Assembly (NCBI GenBank): GCA_030141605.1
Contig: JAQGDQ010001233.1
Span: 1-53,383 of the forward strand
Source of the DNA: Tubiluchus corallicola
Taxonomy: Eukaryota > Animalia > Priapulida
DNA length: 53,383 nt
Reading direction: 5' to 3'
Part shown: piece by piece, positions 19,035 through 32,169 of the stretch
Numbering within the stretch: the stretch's first letter is position 1
How the letters are laid out: every line of letters starts with the position of its first letter
Notes under the pieces: model-generated
What the model saw: the letters and a program-made list of their open reading frames with translations, nothing else
What the model was told of the DNA's origin: nothing
Database searches by the model: none
Program-made: the position numbers and the translations under genes

Positions 19035-19910
19035 ATGCTACGTGACAATTACACTACAGTGGAAAACACAACTGGCACCCTGCATCTACACGAAAATTGG
19101 TCTACATTGGTGATTGTGATAATTTTAGTGTGGTTGGCTGTCGTTGTAGTCATTATAGTTGCTGGAAACTTGCTAGTTCTAATTGCAGTTTACAAATATG
19201 AGCAGTTGCAAACAAGAACGAATGCACTGATCGTATCACTAGCTGTAACAGATCTGCTATTTGGATTGGTACCACTACCAGTTGAAATCATTGGTCTAGT
19301 ATACGCTGAACATTTTGGCACTTTGTATTACTCTTTTGAACTTCTTGTAATATTTGTGGTTCAGAACAGCAGTATATTACACTTGTGTTTAATTGCAGGT
19401 GAGAGATACGTAGCAGTTTTGCATCCTTTCAAATACAACACATACTTTACAAAGAGAACATTAAGTACGATATTATCTGTTATGTGGTTTTTTGCCATTA
19501 TTTTAGCATACATAGAAACATTAGGTTTAATTATAACTGCTACCATAACTATAACAATTTATCTACCTATGATAGTTGTGGTTTCACTGTATGCATTAAT
19601 ATGGCGAGCAGCAAGAAAGCAAATATTGAAAATTCACGACCAAAACCAACAAACTAGTACAAAAGTGATAGAAATGAAGGCAACGAAAACTTTGGCCATC
19701 GTCACTGTTGCATTTTTCGTTTGCTGGGGTCCATACTCAATCTTGGCGATAAAGTTTGCACATTGTCCATTGTGTGTGTCAGAGGTATCCTTCCAAATAG
19801 TAGCGCAGACTACTTACTGGAATTGCGCAGTTAACCCCATCATATATGCGGCAACAAATGGTAAATTTAGATCAGCATTCAAGGAGATTCTTAAATGTCA
19901 ACAAAGATAA
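19035..19910 (+). CDS. Intronless class A (rhodopsin-like) GPCR, 291 aa (G1)
   Basis: N-glycosylation sequons in the N-terminus, seven hydrophobic segments, GN (TM1), SLAVTD (TM2), ERY, CWGP, NPIIY, FR helix 8. Confidence 0.95.
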   Translation: MLRDNYTTVENTTGTLHLHENWSTLVIVIILVWLAVVVVIIVAGNLLVLIAVYKYEQLQTRTNALIVSLAVTDLLFGLVPLPVEIIGLVYAEHFGTLYYSFELLVIFVVQNSSILHLCLIAGERYVAVLHPFKYNTYFTKRTLSTILSVMWFFAIILAYIETLGLIITATITITIYLPMIVVVSLYALIWRAARKQILKIHDQNQQTSTKVIEMKATKTLAIVTVAFFVCWGPYSILAIKFAHCPLCVSEVSFQIVAQTTYWNCAVNPIIYAATNGKFRSAFKEILKCQQR

Positions 19911-20851
19911 AGAATCAACAGACTGTGTTGCTTTTGAACAACGTGATTCTGTAACAGACAAAGTTTTATACACTGTGTCTACCTAATCGTGAAAAAGTTG
20001 CATGGAGCTGTTAAATTATCTTGATTTAAAGAAAAAGACTCACAGCAAATGATTTCATAGTTTTTCAAAAATACTGGCTATATAACACTTGCTTTGTCGA
20101 CGAACAGCCAATGACTTGTGCTAAAGTGAGTACTGCTGGCTGAAGCAGGTTTGCAAAATGGCGTAGCCTAATAATTTACGTTGCTAACAGTTTGCAGGAA
20201 CAACTGTCCTGTAGTTCTGGTTTAAACGGTTAATCTAGCAAACTTTATTGCACATGCTTATCGATGACTAAAGAAAACCAATAGCAGAATCCAATCTTTT
20301 CATGTGCAAATTGTAGTTGATCAAGAGCCATGGAATGAGGATATCTCAACGCTTACTATAGCAGCTTTCTGTTCCTATTTCAAATATAAGTGGCACTTTC
20401 ATAAACCAAATATGCATTATAATGACAATTATATTTTGTCTCTTGATCTGTTGAATTTGTTCCACAATTGCCACTAGACCTGGTATGTGAGCTAGAAGAC
20501 AAACAATGGATAAAGAGCTTATTGTTCATAGTGACTATGTGGCTATAGTGATCCACAGTGACTATCATGTTGTCTCCTATTTCCCAACACCATGTTGGCA
20601 AATATGGCAAATTGCTGTTACCAATTATGAACAGCTTTATAATAGAAATAATTGCTAATGAAAACTATTCGCAAAGACAGCTGCTAGGAATGGGTATAAT
20701 ATGAAATGCATACTTATGTGGCAACAAGCAGAGATGTGATATTGTAGACCAGATGTGCAGACTTTCTGATGCGTTGCGTCTAATATTTGCATTTCTCAAC
20801 TTAATTAAAAAAGTAATGGTTAGTGTTACTGTTTAATGACAGCACCTGACA

Positions 20852-21709
20852 ATGCCATCTGAAAATGATACTATGATAGGAAACATAACTGACGAAGTGA
20901 ATTACGAGGAAGATTGGTTTATACTAACTGTTGCAGCATTCTTAGCATGGCTGATCGTCATTACAGTTGTTGGAAACTTGCTAGTTTTAATTGCAGTTTA
21001 CAAGTACGAGCAGTTGCAAACAAGAACGAATGCACTGATCGTATCACTGGCTGTAACAGATCTGCTATTTGGACTGATATCACTGCCAATTGAATTTGTC
21101 ACTGTAATATATGTTAGACGTGTTAACGTTCTAGGTGGAAGCCTTAAAAATTTTGTTGCAATAGTTGCTGTAGACTGCAGCATACTGCACTTATGCTTAA
21201 TTGCTGTTGAGAGATATGTAGCCATTTTGCATCCCTACAAATACAACATTTATTTTACAAAGAGAACATTGAGAATGCTATTACCCATTACATGGCTCTT
21301 GGGCATTATTTCAGCGTGCATAGAAATAATAGACGACACCACGATTGTTTCCTGTATTTTTACCTGTTTACATGTAACAATTATAGTCTCACTGTATGCA
21401 GTAATATGGCGGGCAGCAAGAATGCAAATCTTGCAAATTCGTGATCAAAACCAACAAACTGGAACAAGAGTGATGGACATGAAAGCAACAAAAACTTTAA
21501 CTATAATCACTGTTGCATTTTTCGTTTGTTGGGTTCCAATCTTAATCGTGACAGCAACCTACATAAGCTGTCCATTGTGCATGTCAGATATCGCTGTAAA
21601 AATAGCAGTGTGCGTGAGTTTTTCAAACAGTGCAGTCAACCCTTTCATATACGCAGCAACAAACAGCAAATTTAGAACAGCATTCAAGAAGATGCTTACA
21701 TGCAGGTAA
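20852..21709 (+). CDS. Intronless class A GPCR, 285 aa (G2)
   Basis: GN, SLAVTD, ERY, CWVP, NPFIY; paralog of G1. Confidence 0.95.
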   Translation: MPSENDTMIGNITDEVNYEEDWFILTVAAFLAWLIVITVVGNLLVLIAVYKYEQLQTRTNALIVSLAVTDLLFGLISLPIEFVTVIYVRRVNVLGGSLKNFVAIVAVDCSILHLCLIAVERYVAILHPYKYNIYFTKRTLRMLLPITWLLGIISACIEIIDDTTIVSCIFTCLHVTIIVSLYAVIWRAARMQILQIRDQNQQTGTRVMDMKATKTLTIITVAFFVCWVPILIVTATYISCPLCMSDIAVKIAVCVSFSNSAVNPFIYAATNSKFRTAFKKMLTCR

Positions 21710-23149
21710 AAATAATTACAAAGTACGTTGTTGTCTCAGTTCTGCTTGAATGATCAAAGTGTTTCTGTAACTTATGATTGATAAACTGTCACCTGGCCAG
21801 GTACGACTAATCAGAATGATATCTACAGGAAAGATTTTGGAATTATGAAAACCAAACTGTGCAACTGTAAAACTCAAAAGACAAGAAACCAGAACTAAAG
21901 AAAGTTTGAATTTCTAATTATGTATAATGGAATCAGCACAGTTTCCTTCAACATTCACTGTAAATGTATTGGTAAAGTATTGAAACAAGTTGTCCTTTAT
22001 TATCTGCTATTTGTTGTATAATTTTATTGTGATTCTGAGTAGCAATAGCAAGTAGCTGGTAGAGTCAACACAGGAGATTCTATCAGCATGTTATAAAGAC
22101 TGCATATATTAATTCACTTATGAGAAAAAGCCACCAGTGCTGTATATTATAACTCACATAAATTGTTAATAAAATTATTGTGCCTTTCTAGTTTGGTCTG
22201 ACATTTATTCGTAATTACGTGACTTAAATGTATATTTATTATGTACTATTATAACAGCAAAAACCACAACAACAAAAGACAACAAATTTTTGCATAACGT
22301 TCCCTCAACTCAAAAATACGAAAACTTTATATGACTAATACACACTGGGATCACCATCCAGCAAAATTAGATAATGCTATTCTTCTGTTTTTACTTCTGT
22401 CAAATGAGTCAGGTGGACGCGCTTAGGACAGTTTGGCCTTGAACTAAGTGAAAAATAAAATACAGTTTTATTGTTACTAGATGAAAAGTGATAAACCAGC
22501 TCAGGACAGATGAAATGACTAGTAATAGTCAGTTTTCTTAGACTTTACAAAACGTTACAACTAAACACATATGTTTACTAATAATGCCACAATATGCAGA
22601 GAAAAACTAACAGAATGATCACTTATTTGCGTCAAATCATTTTGTGTCAAAATCAGTCAGTGTAATAAACTGTCACAAACAAAATTACAATACATACAGA
22701 AGGTTTAAAAAGGAAAAAAAATAAATTGCTTCTGGTTGTGACACGTATACAGAAAGAACAAAGTATCTTATAGGCTGAACAAATGACAATTATAATGAAT
22801 GGATGGCGCATGCGCAGAACTAACAGCTAGATAAAGTACATTTAAGTTGGATAAATATTGGAGTAAACAGAACATCAACACGTCTAAATAAAAAACCTAG
22901 CATTAATGCATTGCTTTGTTAATGGTGTAACATTACAATGTTAATGACAAGTAGCTGATGCCATTCGTCAAACAAATGAAGGAAGCCCGGTGACAATAAT
23001 GATTAGCATTACTATTAGCACAGCTTGCACATATAAAGAGCAATCATGGAACAGGATCCATATGTAGTTGTTACACGTAAAGCTGAGGTGTTAGAAAAAC
23101 TATTCATATGTTCAATAAAGGAACATTAAGTATTTGGGTTCATATCTTT

Positions 23150-23775
23150 AGCGTAATACGCAAGTGCTATATCATGTGCCGTCAGTAGAATCTGTACAGT
23201 TGCAACTTTCTTAGTTTTTGTTCATAGTTTAGGCTGTTGAGTTCTGTTGCACGCTCTTGTAATGTCTCGTGTAGATTCGTGTATTTAATAAACTGAGGAT
23301 TCCAGACTTGTTTGTGGTATTCCAGATGTTGACATAACAGTTTCAAGTAGTGTAAAAATATAACTCTTGTGCTGGCACAAACGTTTTGGCTGTCAGGCCT
23401 AAGATCTGGCCTCCTTTTCTTGTTTTTTCTCACAATGTGATTACACAAGTTCTGTGTACTATCGGATAAAACTCGTAAATTTCCGTTTCTACATTCAACA
23501 GAAGATCAAGGTTAAATGTACACCAAGCCAAACAACTACTTCCGTCAACATGAAGAGATTTACATTTGGAATCTTGAGCCTTAAACTTCATTAACATGTC
23601 AAGGTCTTGCTGAAGTCATTGGTTCTAAAGATCGTCCAGTACGGATCGCGTCAATTTCACATCATCAATAAACATCAATATCTTCGAGACTAGTTTATGG
23701 TCGATATCGTCTATGTACAGTAAAAAGAACAAAGGCCCCAAAACACTTCCTTGTGGAACCCCAGATACAGGCGAA
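23150..23775 (-). mobile_element. Degenerate CR1-type LINE RT fragment
   Basis: SGVPQGSVLGPLFFLLYIDDI...MFIDDVKL and LNYEQKLRKLQL; multiple stops and frameshifts. Confidence 0.8.
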
Positions 23776-23924
23776 GCCTCACAATGGATCTCAGCACCCT
23801 GGGTACGATCACTGTGCTTGAGAAAATGTAAAATACATTTACAAATGAGAAACATTTGTTGCAGAAAAAAATATTGAATGTCTTCAACAAAAATGCACTT
23901 TAAAATGCACGACTATAGTTCCTA

Positions 23925-24785
23925 ATGCCTGACGCTAATGATAATAATACAACACACAATTTTACCAGCGAGTTATGGAATAACAACTCGTTGCCCAGCA
24001 TAATAATCCTAGTAATCTTGCATCTACTATTAATAATAATTATAATCATTGGTAATTCGTTAGTTTTGATAGCAGTTTATAAGCATGAACAACTGCAGAC
24101 AAAAGTTAATGCTCTCGTTGTGTCCTTAGCTACCACTGACCTGTTAATTGGACTGGTAACATTGCCTTCAAAAATCCCCACCATCTTGTACACAACACAA
24201 CTTTCTCCAGTGTATTATACTGTCAGAAAAGTCATAGCCATCGTGACTATAGACTGTGGCGTAGTACATTTATGTGTCATAACTGCAGAGAGGTATTTTG
24301 CTGTTATGCATCCTTTTAAATACAGCATTTACTTCACAAAGACAACATTGGCTGTTGTATTATGGGTAACTTCATTCCTCCTAGCAAGTCTGGACATTTA
24401 TCGGCTACGACTCGTTTCAGCTGTTGTAACGAAATGCTTGCCAATGCTGCTCATGATTCTTGTGTATGCACTCATCTGGAGGATTGCAAGAAGGCAGGTT
24501 TTGCAAATTCACCAGCAAGACCAGCAGATGGGCATTAAAGTGACAGAAATGAAAGCGACGAAAATGTTCATCATCGTGACTGTTGCGTTTGTTGTTTGCT
24601 TTGCACCGTTTACAGTGTTTTCCATAATCAACCCCAGATGCAATTTCTGCATTTCAAGAACTGCAATGCGATATATAATGCTATTTGGATATTGCAACAG
24701 TGGAATCAACCCCATCATATATGCGGCATCAAATAAGAGATTTAAAACAGCATTTAGGAAAATAATCAGATGCGGAGACAATTAA
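23925..24785 (+). CDS. Intronless class A GPCR, 286 aa, most divergent cluster member (G3)
   Basis: GN, SLATTD, ERY, CFAP (F at 6.48), NPIIY. Confidence 0.95.
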   Translation: MPDANDNNTTHNFTSELWNNNSLPSIIILVILHLLLIIIIIIGNSLVLIAVYKHEQLQTKVNALVVSLATTDLLIGLVTLPSKIPTILYTTQLSPVYYTVRKVIAIVTIDCGVVHLCVITAERYFAVMHPFKYSIYFTKTTLAVVLWVTSFLLASLDIYRLRLVSAVVTKCLPMLLMILVYALIWRIARRQVLQIHQQDQQMGIKVTEMKATKMFIIVTVAFVVCFAPFTVFSIINPRCNFCISRTAMRYIMLFGYCNSGINPIIYAASNKRFKTAFRKIIRCGDN

Positions 24786-25726
24786 ACAACAATGTACTTG
24801 GTCTTGAAACATTTTTTACTCCAGTTCAACATAATCCAAGATGTCTACTATGTCACCATCTTAACTAATCAACAATAAATTTTGTGCAGCTCTGCAAATA
24901 GCGCATTTCTGTAGATGTTTGGAACAGATGGAAAACAGCTCTATACAGTCGAGAAGCGAACTCTCCTGAAATCTTGTCTGCCTGGTTGTCATCCTTGTAG
25001 GATGTTAATACAAAAAGTTGGTAGCACCATACAGCAATACTGGATTCAACTTTATTTACTAACTTCCCGAATTCGTTTGAAACTGTTTTTTCTTTAAAAA
25101 TAAGATTAAAAACAATAGCAGCCTTTTGTGTGAAAATTGTAGTTGATTATAGTCATGGAATATTAATATTCTAGTGTTGATTGTAATAAATCTTTTCTTC
25201 CCATCTATGCACTACATCAAGTGTATGCAGCACCTTTATAAAACCGCTATGTGCTAATACTGCGGGCATTTTTGTCTTTGCAAAATCGTTTGTCCACCTT
25301 GAGAATTTGCAATGCATCAGTTTCCGGACAAGATATGAGGTTCACAAGACAAAAAGCTTACATTGTAATAATATTGTATTATCACCACAAACGTAGTTTT
25401 TACAATCAAATAACAGTTAGCTTTAGATTCTTTGTTTAGATGGACATTATTTGCGCCATTTTGTGAGTGTAATAATTTAGGACTATTTATCGCAGCAAAC
25501 ATTGCAATATGCTACTCTCTATTATATATACGCAATTAAATGAAGGCTTTTAGGAATGTACACAAGATGTGTTGTTTGTAATGATGCCATACTAACAAAA
25601 GTCTGGGCGTGCTAAAATACTAATGAGATGTGCAGGCTTCTGTGTTAAAAAGCAGAATTGTATTTCTTGAGTGAACAAACATGTCAGAGTAACGTTGGTG
25701 TTCATGTGAAATGGTAACATATAACA

Positions 25727-26596
25727 ATGCTACGTGACAATTACACTACAGTGGAAAACACAACTGGCACCCTGCATCTACACGAAAATTGGTCTACATT
25801 GGTGGTTGTAATAATTTTTGTGTGGTTGGCTGTTATTATAGTCATTATAGTTGCTGGAAACTTGCTAGTTTTAATTGCAGTTTACAAGTATGAGCAGTTG
25901 CAAACAAGAACGAATGCACTGATCGTATCACTAGCTGTAACAGATCTGCTATTTGGACTGGTACCACTACCAGTTGAAATCATTGGTCTAGTATACGCTG
26001 AACATTTTGGCACTTTGTATTACTCTGTTGAACTTTTTGTAACATTGGTGGTTCTGAACAGCAGTATATTACACTTGTGTTTAATTGCAGGTGAGAGATA
26101 CGTAGCAGTTTTGCACCCTTACAAATACAACACATACTTTACAAAGAGAACATTAGGTACCACATTATCTATTACGTGGGTTTTTGCCTTTGTTTTAGCA
26201 TACATGGAAGCAATGAATTTCTCTTTCGTTGCCACCATAACCACAACAATTTATCTACCTATGACAGTAATGGTTTTACTATATGTGTTAATATGGCGAG
26301 CAGCAAGAAAGCAAATTTTGCAAATTCACGAACAAAACCGACAAACTAGTACAAGAGTGATGGAAATGAAAGCAACGAAAACTTTAGCCATCGTCACTCT
26401 TGCGTTTTTCATTTGTTGGGGTCCGTATTCAATCTTGGCAATAAAGTTTTCAAAATGTCCACTGTGCGTGTCAAGTGTGGCTCACTGGGTTGTAGCACGG
26501 ATCAGTTACTGGAACAGTGCTGTTAACCCTTTCATATACGTGGCAACAAATGGCAAATTTAGAGCAGCGTTCAAGAAGATTCTGAGATGCCAGTGA
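25727..26596 (+). CDS. Intronless class A GPCR, 289 aa, recent paralog of G1 (G4)
   Basis: Identical N-terminus to G1; upstream ~350 bp also shared (25370-25726 vs 18652-19034). Confidence 0.95.
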   Translation: MLRDNYTTVENTTGTLHLHENWSTLVVVIIFVWLAVIIVIIVAGNLLVLIAVYKYEQLQTRTNALIVSLAVTDLLFGLVPLPVEIIGLVYAEHFGTLYYSVELFVTLVVLNSSILHLCLIAGERYVAVLHPYKYNTYFTKRTLGTTLSITWVFAFVLAYMEAMNFSFVATITTTIYLPMTVMVLLYVLIWRAARKQILQIHEQNRQTSTRVMEMKATKTLAIVTLAFFICWGPYSILAIKFSKCPLCVSSVAHWVVARISYWNSAVNPFIYVATNGKFRAAFKKILRCQ

Positions 26597-27140
26597 AGGT
26601 AACAACAGAGGTAAATTTAGAGCAGCGTTCAAGAAGATTCTGAGATGCCAGTGAAGGTAACAACAGAGGTAAATTTAGAGCAGCGTTCAAGAAGATTCTG
26701 AGATGCCAGTGAAGGTAACAACAGAGGTGAATTTAGAGCAGCGTTCAAGAAGATTCTGAGATGCCAGTGAAGGTAACAACAGAGGTAAATTTAGAGCAGC
26801 GTTCAAGAAGATTCTGAGATGCCAGTGAAGGTAACAACAGAGTTAAATTTAGAGCAGCGTTCAAGAAGATTCTGAGATGCCAGTGAAGGTAACAACAGAG
26901 TTAAATTTAGAGCAGCGTTCAAGAAGATTCTGAGATGCCAGTGAAGGTAACAACAGAAGTAAATTTAGAGCAGCGTTCAAGGAAGATTCTGAGATGCCAG
27001 TGAAGGTAACAACAGAGTTAAATTTAGAGCAGCGTTCAAGAAGATTCTGAGATGCCAGTGAAGGTAACAACAGAGTTAAATTTAGAGCAGCGTTCAAGAA
27101 GATTCTGAGATGCCAGTGAAGGTAACAACAGAAGTAAATT
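26555..27140 (+). repeat. 58-bp tandem repeat, ~10 copies, built from the end of the G4 CDS and its stop codon
   Basis: Unit aaatttagagcagcgttcaagaagattctgagatgccagtgaaggtaacaacagaggt; starts at 26555, 26613 and so on. Confidence 0.97.
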
Positions 27141-27846
27141 GTCTTGCATCCAGATAAGGCATAACTGGTTGAGTATTATGATACAAAAGCTCAACAAATC
27201 GAGGTCAAACGTGGCGGAGTGAAATCGACCTAGATGTGCAACTAAAACTCAAACAAGACAGAGCCAGACATCAAGAAAGAACGTCTGAAAATGTGCACCA
27301 CTCTGTAGCCGTGAATCTGCAGAATCAGAAGTCCTTTGTGTTCGGAAGATTTCTCTCTGCTTGCTCTTTAATCTAAGGTTGTACTTATTTAGAATTGGCT
27401 GTAAAACTTGGCTTCGTTATATGCATTTAGTAGGTCAGCCAATCAGAAGTAAACACGTGTTTAGTCTGCTGATTGGAAGCGAAGAAATCGCCACGTCTTT
27501 TACTTTTTCTGTAATATTGAATATAAAATAAAACTTTTTGTGATTACTTCAAAACACTTTGATCATTTATTGTAGCACGTGCAGGTGTAGAAACAAGCTA
27601 CAAATCTCTGTGTTATGTATTGCACACTTTTATTATAGTCAATGTATGTTTTTAAAAAGTGTGCTCATATCTGTAAAAACACATGGTGAACAAGGAAAAG
27701 CATGCGAGGTAATTGCAAAGACAATTATCAGTCCAGGTATTGAGCTCCACGTGAGGTGGACAGTGGTCACAGCCATGGAATAGCCATCGCCATTTTACAT
27801 GCTGCGTTTACATGATCATGAAAAGTTGCAGGCAGCTGGTAGATTA

Positions 27847-28377
27847 CCTTACTTTAGACCTTAGTCCTTCCCGTGCACGGATGCACATTGGGCAGACAGC
27901 ATTTTCCACTGGGTTCTATCGGCGGCTTCTCTTTCGATGTTCTCCCAACATTTGAAAGATCTGCGCCACGTTGTTTTTGGCCGACCTCTTTTCCTTTTTC
28001 CACTAGGTGATTCCCAGCGCAACGCTATTTTGGAGTGGCGTTGTTCTGGTAGGCGGAGAATATGTCCAGCCAACTCAGTCTTCTCTCTGCGATTATTTCC
28101 TGCAACCGCCTTGACTGCGCCTGCTGTAGGACTTCCACATTGGTAACATGGTCGCGATAGGATATTTTTAGGATTTTCCGAAGACATTTATGATGGAAGA
28201 CGTCCAGTTTCTTTGATATCATTGCTGTAACTTTCCAGGTTTCGCTGACATAAAGAGCCATTGGCAATGGTGTTGTACAAACGAAGCTTGATTTTCTTTT
28301 CAATTTTCTTGTTTGCCCAGATTTTTCCCATTTTCCTAAATACTGCTGCTGCTTTTCCAATTCTCCAATTTTTCAAT
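27847..28377 (-). mobile_element. 5'-truncated RTE-clade LINE with 12-bp TSD
   Basis: RIGKAAAVFRKM, GHILRLPEQRHSKIALRW..SGKRKRGRPKTTWRR; TSD gctggtagatta at 27835-27846 and 28378-28389. Confidence 0.92.
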
Positions 28378-28624
28378 GCTGGTAGATTAACTTGAACAAA
28401 ACTCGAGGTTATCCTTTCTCCAAAATATGTCAAGCTGACTATATATATATATATATGAACAGCTAGTGACGGCTGCTAAAGTCTGGTGCTGTTATCTTAT
28501 GTGGGATTGCAAAATGGCTCGTTTCTGTGGATGTTTCGGAGATGCAAAGTGGTTCCCAACCACTGAAAAGCACACACTAGTCAGAGCTGAAATCTCAATC
28601 AAATACAAATGTTTGACAACACGG

Positions 28625-28890
28625 ACATAAGTTATAAATTTCAGTTTATTTATTTCCACTCTGCATCCAACAGTTATAATAAAAATACAGATATGTAATT
28701 TCACAGAAGTAAATATAAATATAAATGCAATATTATCCAGAAATTACAAAAGAGATTCTTATGCAGCAAATACATGTGCAAATTACATTACAGAGTAAAA
28801 GCATAGCTTGACAGGCCAAACTGTACATGGAAATCTTAAAGAAGTGATTAATAATTGAAGTAATAATAATATATACATAAAAGTGGGGGT
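28625..28890 (-). mobile_element. Dispersed repeat, probable LINE 3' UTR (copy at 34625-34890)
   Basis: Near identical to 34625-34890; the minus strand ends in aataaataaact. Confidence 0.55.
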
Positions 28891-29943
28891 AGTAGTAGGA
28901 GTATATAGCGTATATTGCTAATAGTTTACAGGAACCAGCATCCAGCAGCATAGGCTCATGCTCATTTGTTAATCTTGTAAATTAGTACCAAATTTGCTTG
29001 CAATTGGTTACGACAATTAAAGAAAGATAGTAGCAGAATCCAGCGTTTTAGTGAGCAAATCACAATTGAGCAAAGCCAATGGAATGAGAATGTCTCTTAC
29101 TACAGCAACTTTCTGTTCCTTTTCATCTGCTATTTCAAATTATGAGCGGCACTTTCGCAAAACTTATTTGCGCTATAATGCCTGTTTTTTAGGTTTAATT
29201 CTGTTGAATTTGTTATCTAATTGGCTTAAAGTCCGTACGTCATAAGTCATTTATTTCACCTTACACATTTACAATAGTTTCATGTACAATATCTAGTGAA
29301 AGGGCCTACAATGAACGTAATACAAATAAGAAATACTGCACAGGAAAAGCCTCATACAGTGTTCACCTATACACGAAGGTAAATGTGTTGCGGGTAATCA
29401 AAAAGCAGGGCTTGTTAGATTGTCCCACACAGTGATAGAAAAAAAAGTAATGGAAATAATCTGAACTTTTAAAGTGAATCGTGTGATAAAAAAACATTAG
29501 TGCTTAAAATGGAATGATGTAATGAATGAAGCTCATATATGGGATGATATAAAAGATAGAAAGACTATTATTTGTTAATAGTATGTAAAATTAAGATACT
29601 AAATCTTTGATGGAAGTTGATATATTCACACTGTAAGGCTCATTGCGGGAGCCAGCTTGATAACTCGTGAGACAAAGATCTATACTCACAATGCAATATT
29701 TCGTGGTTTCAGTTGTGTGGGACATTATCATAGCCCTATCAACTTGACCTAAGCTCTCGGAGTCGGGCAATTGAACGAATGCCAAAATCAATTGTCTTTA
29801 AGCAATCGGTGGTGTGAATGATTCATTCGATTAATTGAAAAATTAATCAAGGTTGTTTGTATAAGAGAAACAAGCGACAATACATTGTAAATGCATTAGT
29901 AAAGTGCAGAAACAATTTGTCCTTTATTATGTGCTATTTGTTG

Positions 29944-30402
<459 letters not shown>

Positions 30403-30794
30403 TTTGTTGTATAGAATTATTATGCGTATGGGTAGCAATAGTGATATATTGTTACAATACAACGTTGTTACCATTCACATGATTAAAATGACTAAAATTT
30501 ATTTGTCTAGCTAATACTTTTACAGTGCGTTAGCTTAACACTCATGTAGATTCCTTAGATAAATATTTTTGTCACCAACTATGCTATAATTAGTTACTAC
30601 CTGTTATAACAAAGGCACTGATCGATTTTAGGAATGTGATCACTCTATAATATCCTGTTATGTTACAAGAGACTAGCATGCAGTGACGTAGATCAGGTGT
30701 GAAAGCTTCTCTGTTGCTACACAGAGTTGTATTTTTCTAATGAATAGCGTGAAAGAACGACGTTAGTGATACCGCGAAATTATAACATTTAATA

Positions 30795-31643
30795 ATGTTA
30801 ACAGAAAATTACACAAAGGTAGGAAACACCACTAATGAACTACATACCAACAAAAGTTTGTTTATCCTAGTATGCCAAACATTCCTAGCATGGTTGATCG
30901 TTATTATAGCTGCAGGAAACTTGCTTGTCTTAGTTGCAATTTACAAGTACGAGCAGTTGCAAACAAGAACGAATGCACTGATCGCATCACTAGCTGTAAC
31001 AGATCTGCTATGTGGATTGATATCACTGCCTATTGGAATTGTCAGTATTGCACGCGTTAATTTTAGACAATACAGTGTTGAAAATTTTGTTTCCGTGGTT
31101 GCTATAAACTGTAGCCTAATACACTTGTGCTTAATTGCTGTCGAGAGATATGTAGCCATTTTGCATCCTTACAAATACAACATTTATTTTACAAAGAGAA
31201 CATTGAGCATGTTATTATCCATTACATGGCTCTTGGGCATCACTTCAGCATACATAGAAATAATAGACGACAGCACGATTGCTACCAGTATTTTGACTTA
31301 TTTACCAACAATAGCTATAGTTTCATTGTACACATTAATATGGCGGGCAGCAAGAAAGCAAATCTTGCAAATTCGCGATCAAAACCAACAAACTGGAACA
31401 AGAGTGACAGACATGAAAGCAACAAAAACTTTAACTATAATCACTACTGCATTTTTCATTTGTTGAGGTCCACTCTTAATCGTTTTAACAATCTTAATAA
31501 GATGTCCATTGTGTATATCAGAAGACGCTTTCAGAGTAGTAGTATGTATAGTTTTCTTGAACTGTGCAGTCAACCCTTTCATATATGCAGCAACAAACAG
31601 CAAATTTAGAACAGCATTCGAGAAGATTCTTAGTTGCCGGTAA
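30795..31643 (+). pseudogene. Cluster GPCR with a single nonsense codon (TGG>TGA at W6.48) (G5)
   Basis: The frame continues after TGA 31464-31466 as GPLLIVLTILIRCPLCISED...NCAVNPFIYAATNSKFRTAFEKILSCR* to 31643. Confidence 0.92.
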
Positions 31644-32169
31644 AATAACAACAAAATGTGTCGTCTCAGGTTTTCGTGAGGATTGTTTCTTCTGTAACTT
31701 GTGATTGATTAACACTAGAAGGACTGGTAGAAGGACCGGCATGCGTCAATTGATGCACTCGTATCTTTTATCTCTATATAAAATAAAACTAACAGTTATC
31801 ATGCTGATTTTATATAATATTCAGCGATACATCAAATTGTTATATGAATCCATACAAAACTGAAACTGAGGCAATATTGTTAACCATGTATTTTAACCGT
31901 TCTTCAAAACTTATTACAGATTCTTTATTAATCATGTTTTATTGTAGCATTATAAAGAGATAAAGAAAATTAAATTGAATTGAATATAAATATGGCAGCG
32001 TTTGTTTGCGCACTTCCACACACCACACTCCCACAAAAGTTGCAGTTATCTATGAGGTACTTATTAGCAACGGCGTACTTCCAACTTGCACCGTCTTTTC
32101 ACTGGACTTCCTGGTGAAACGCTTGCTTCTCCTTCTCTGATTTACACCACAATCATCACATCTGTTACT

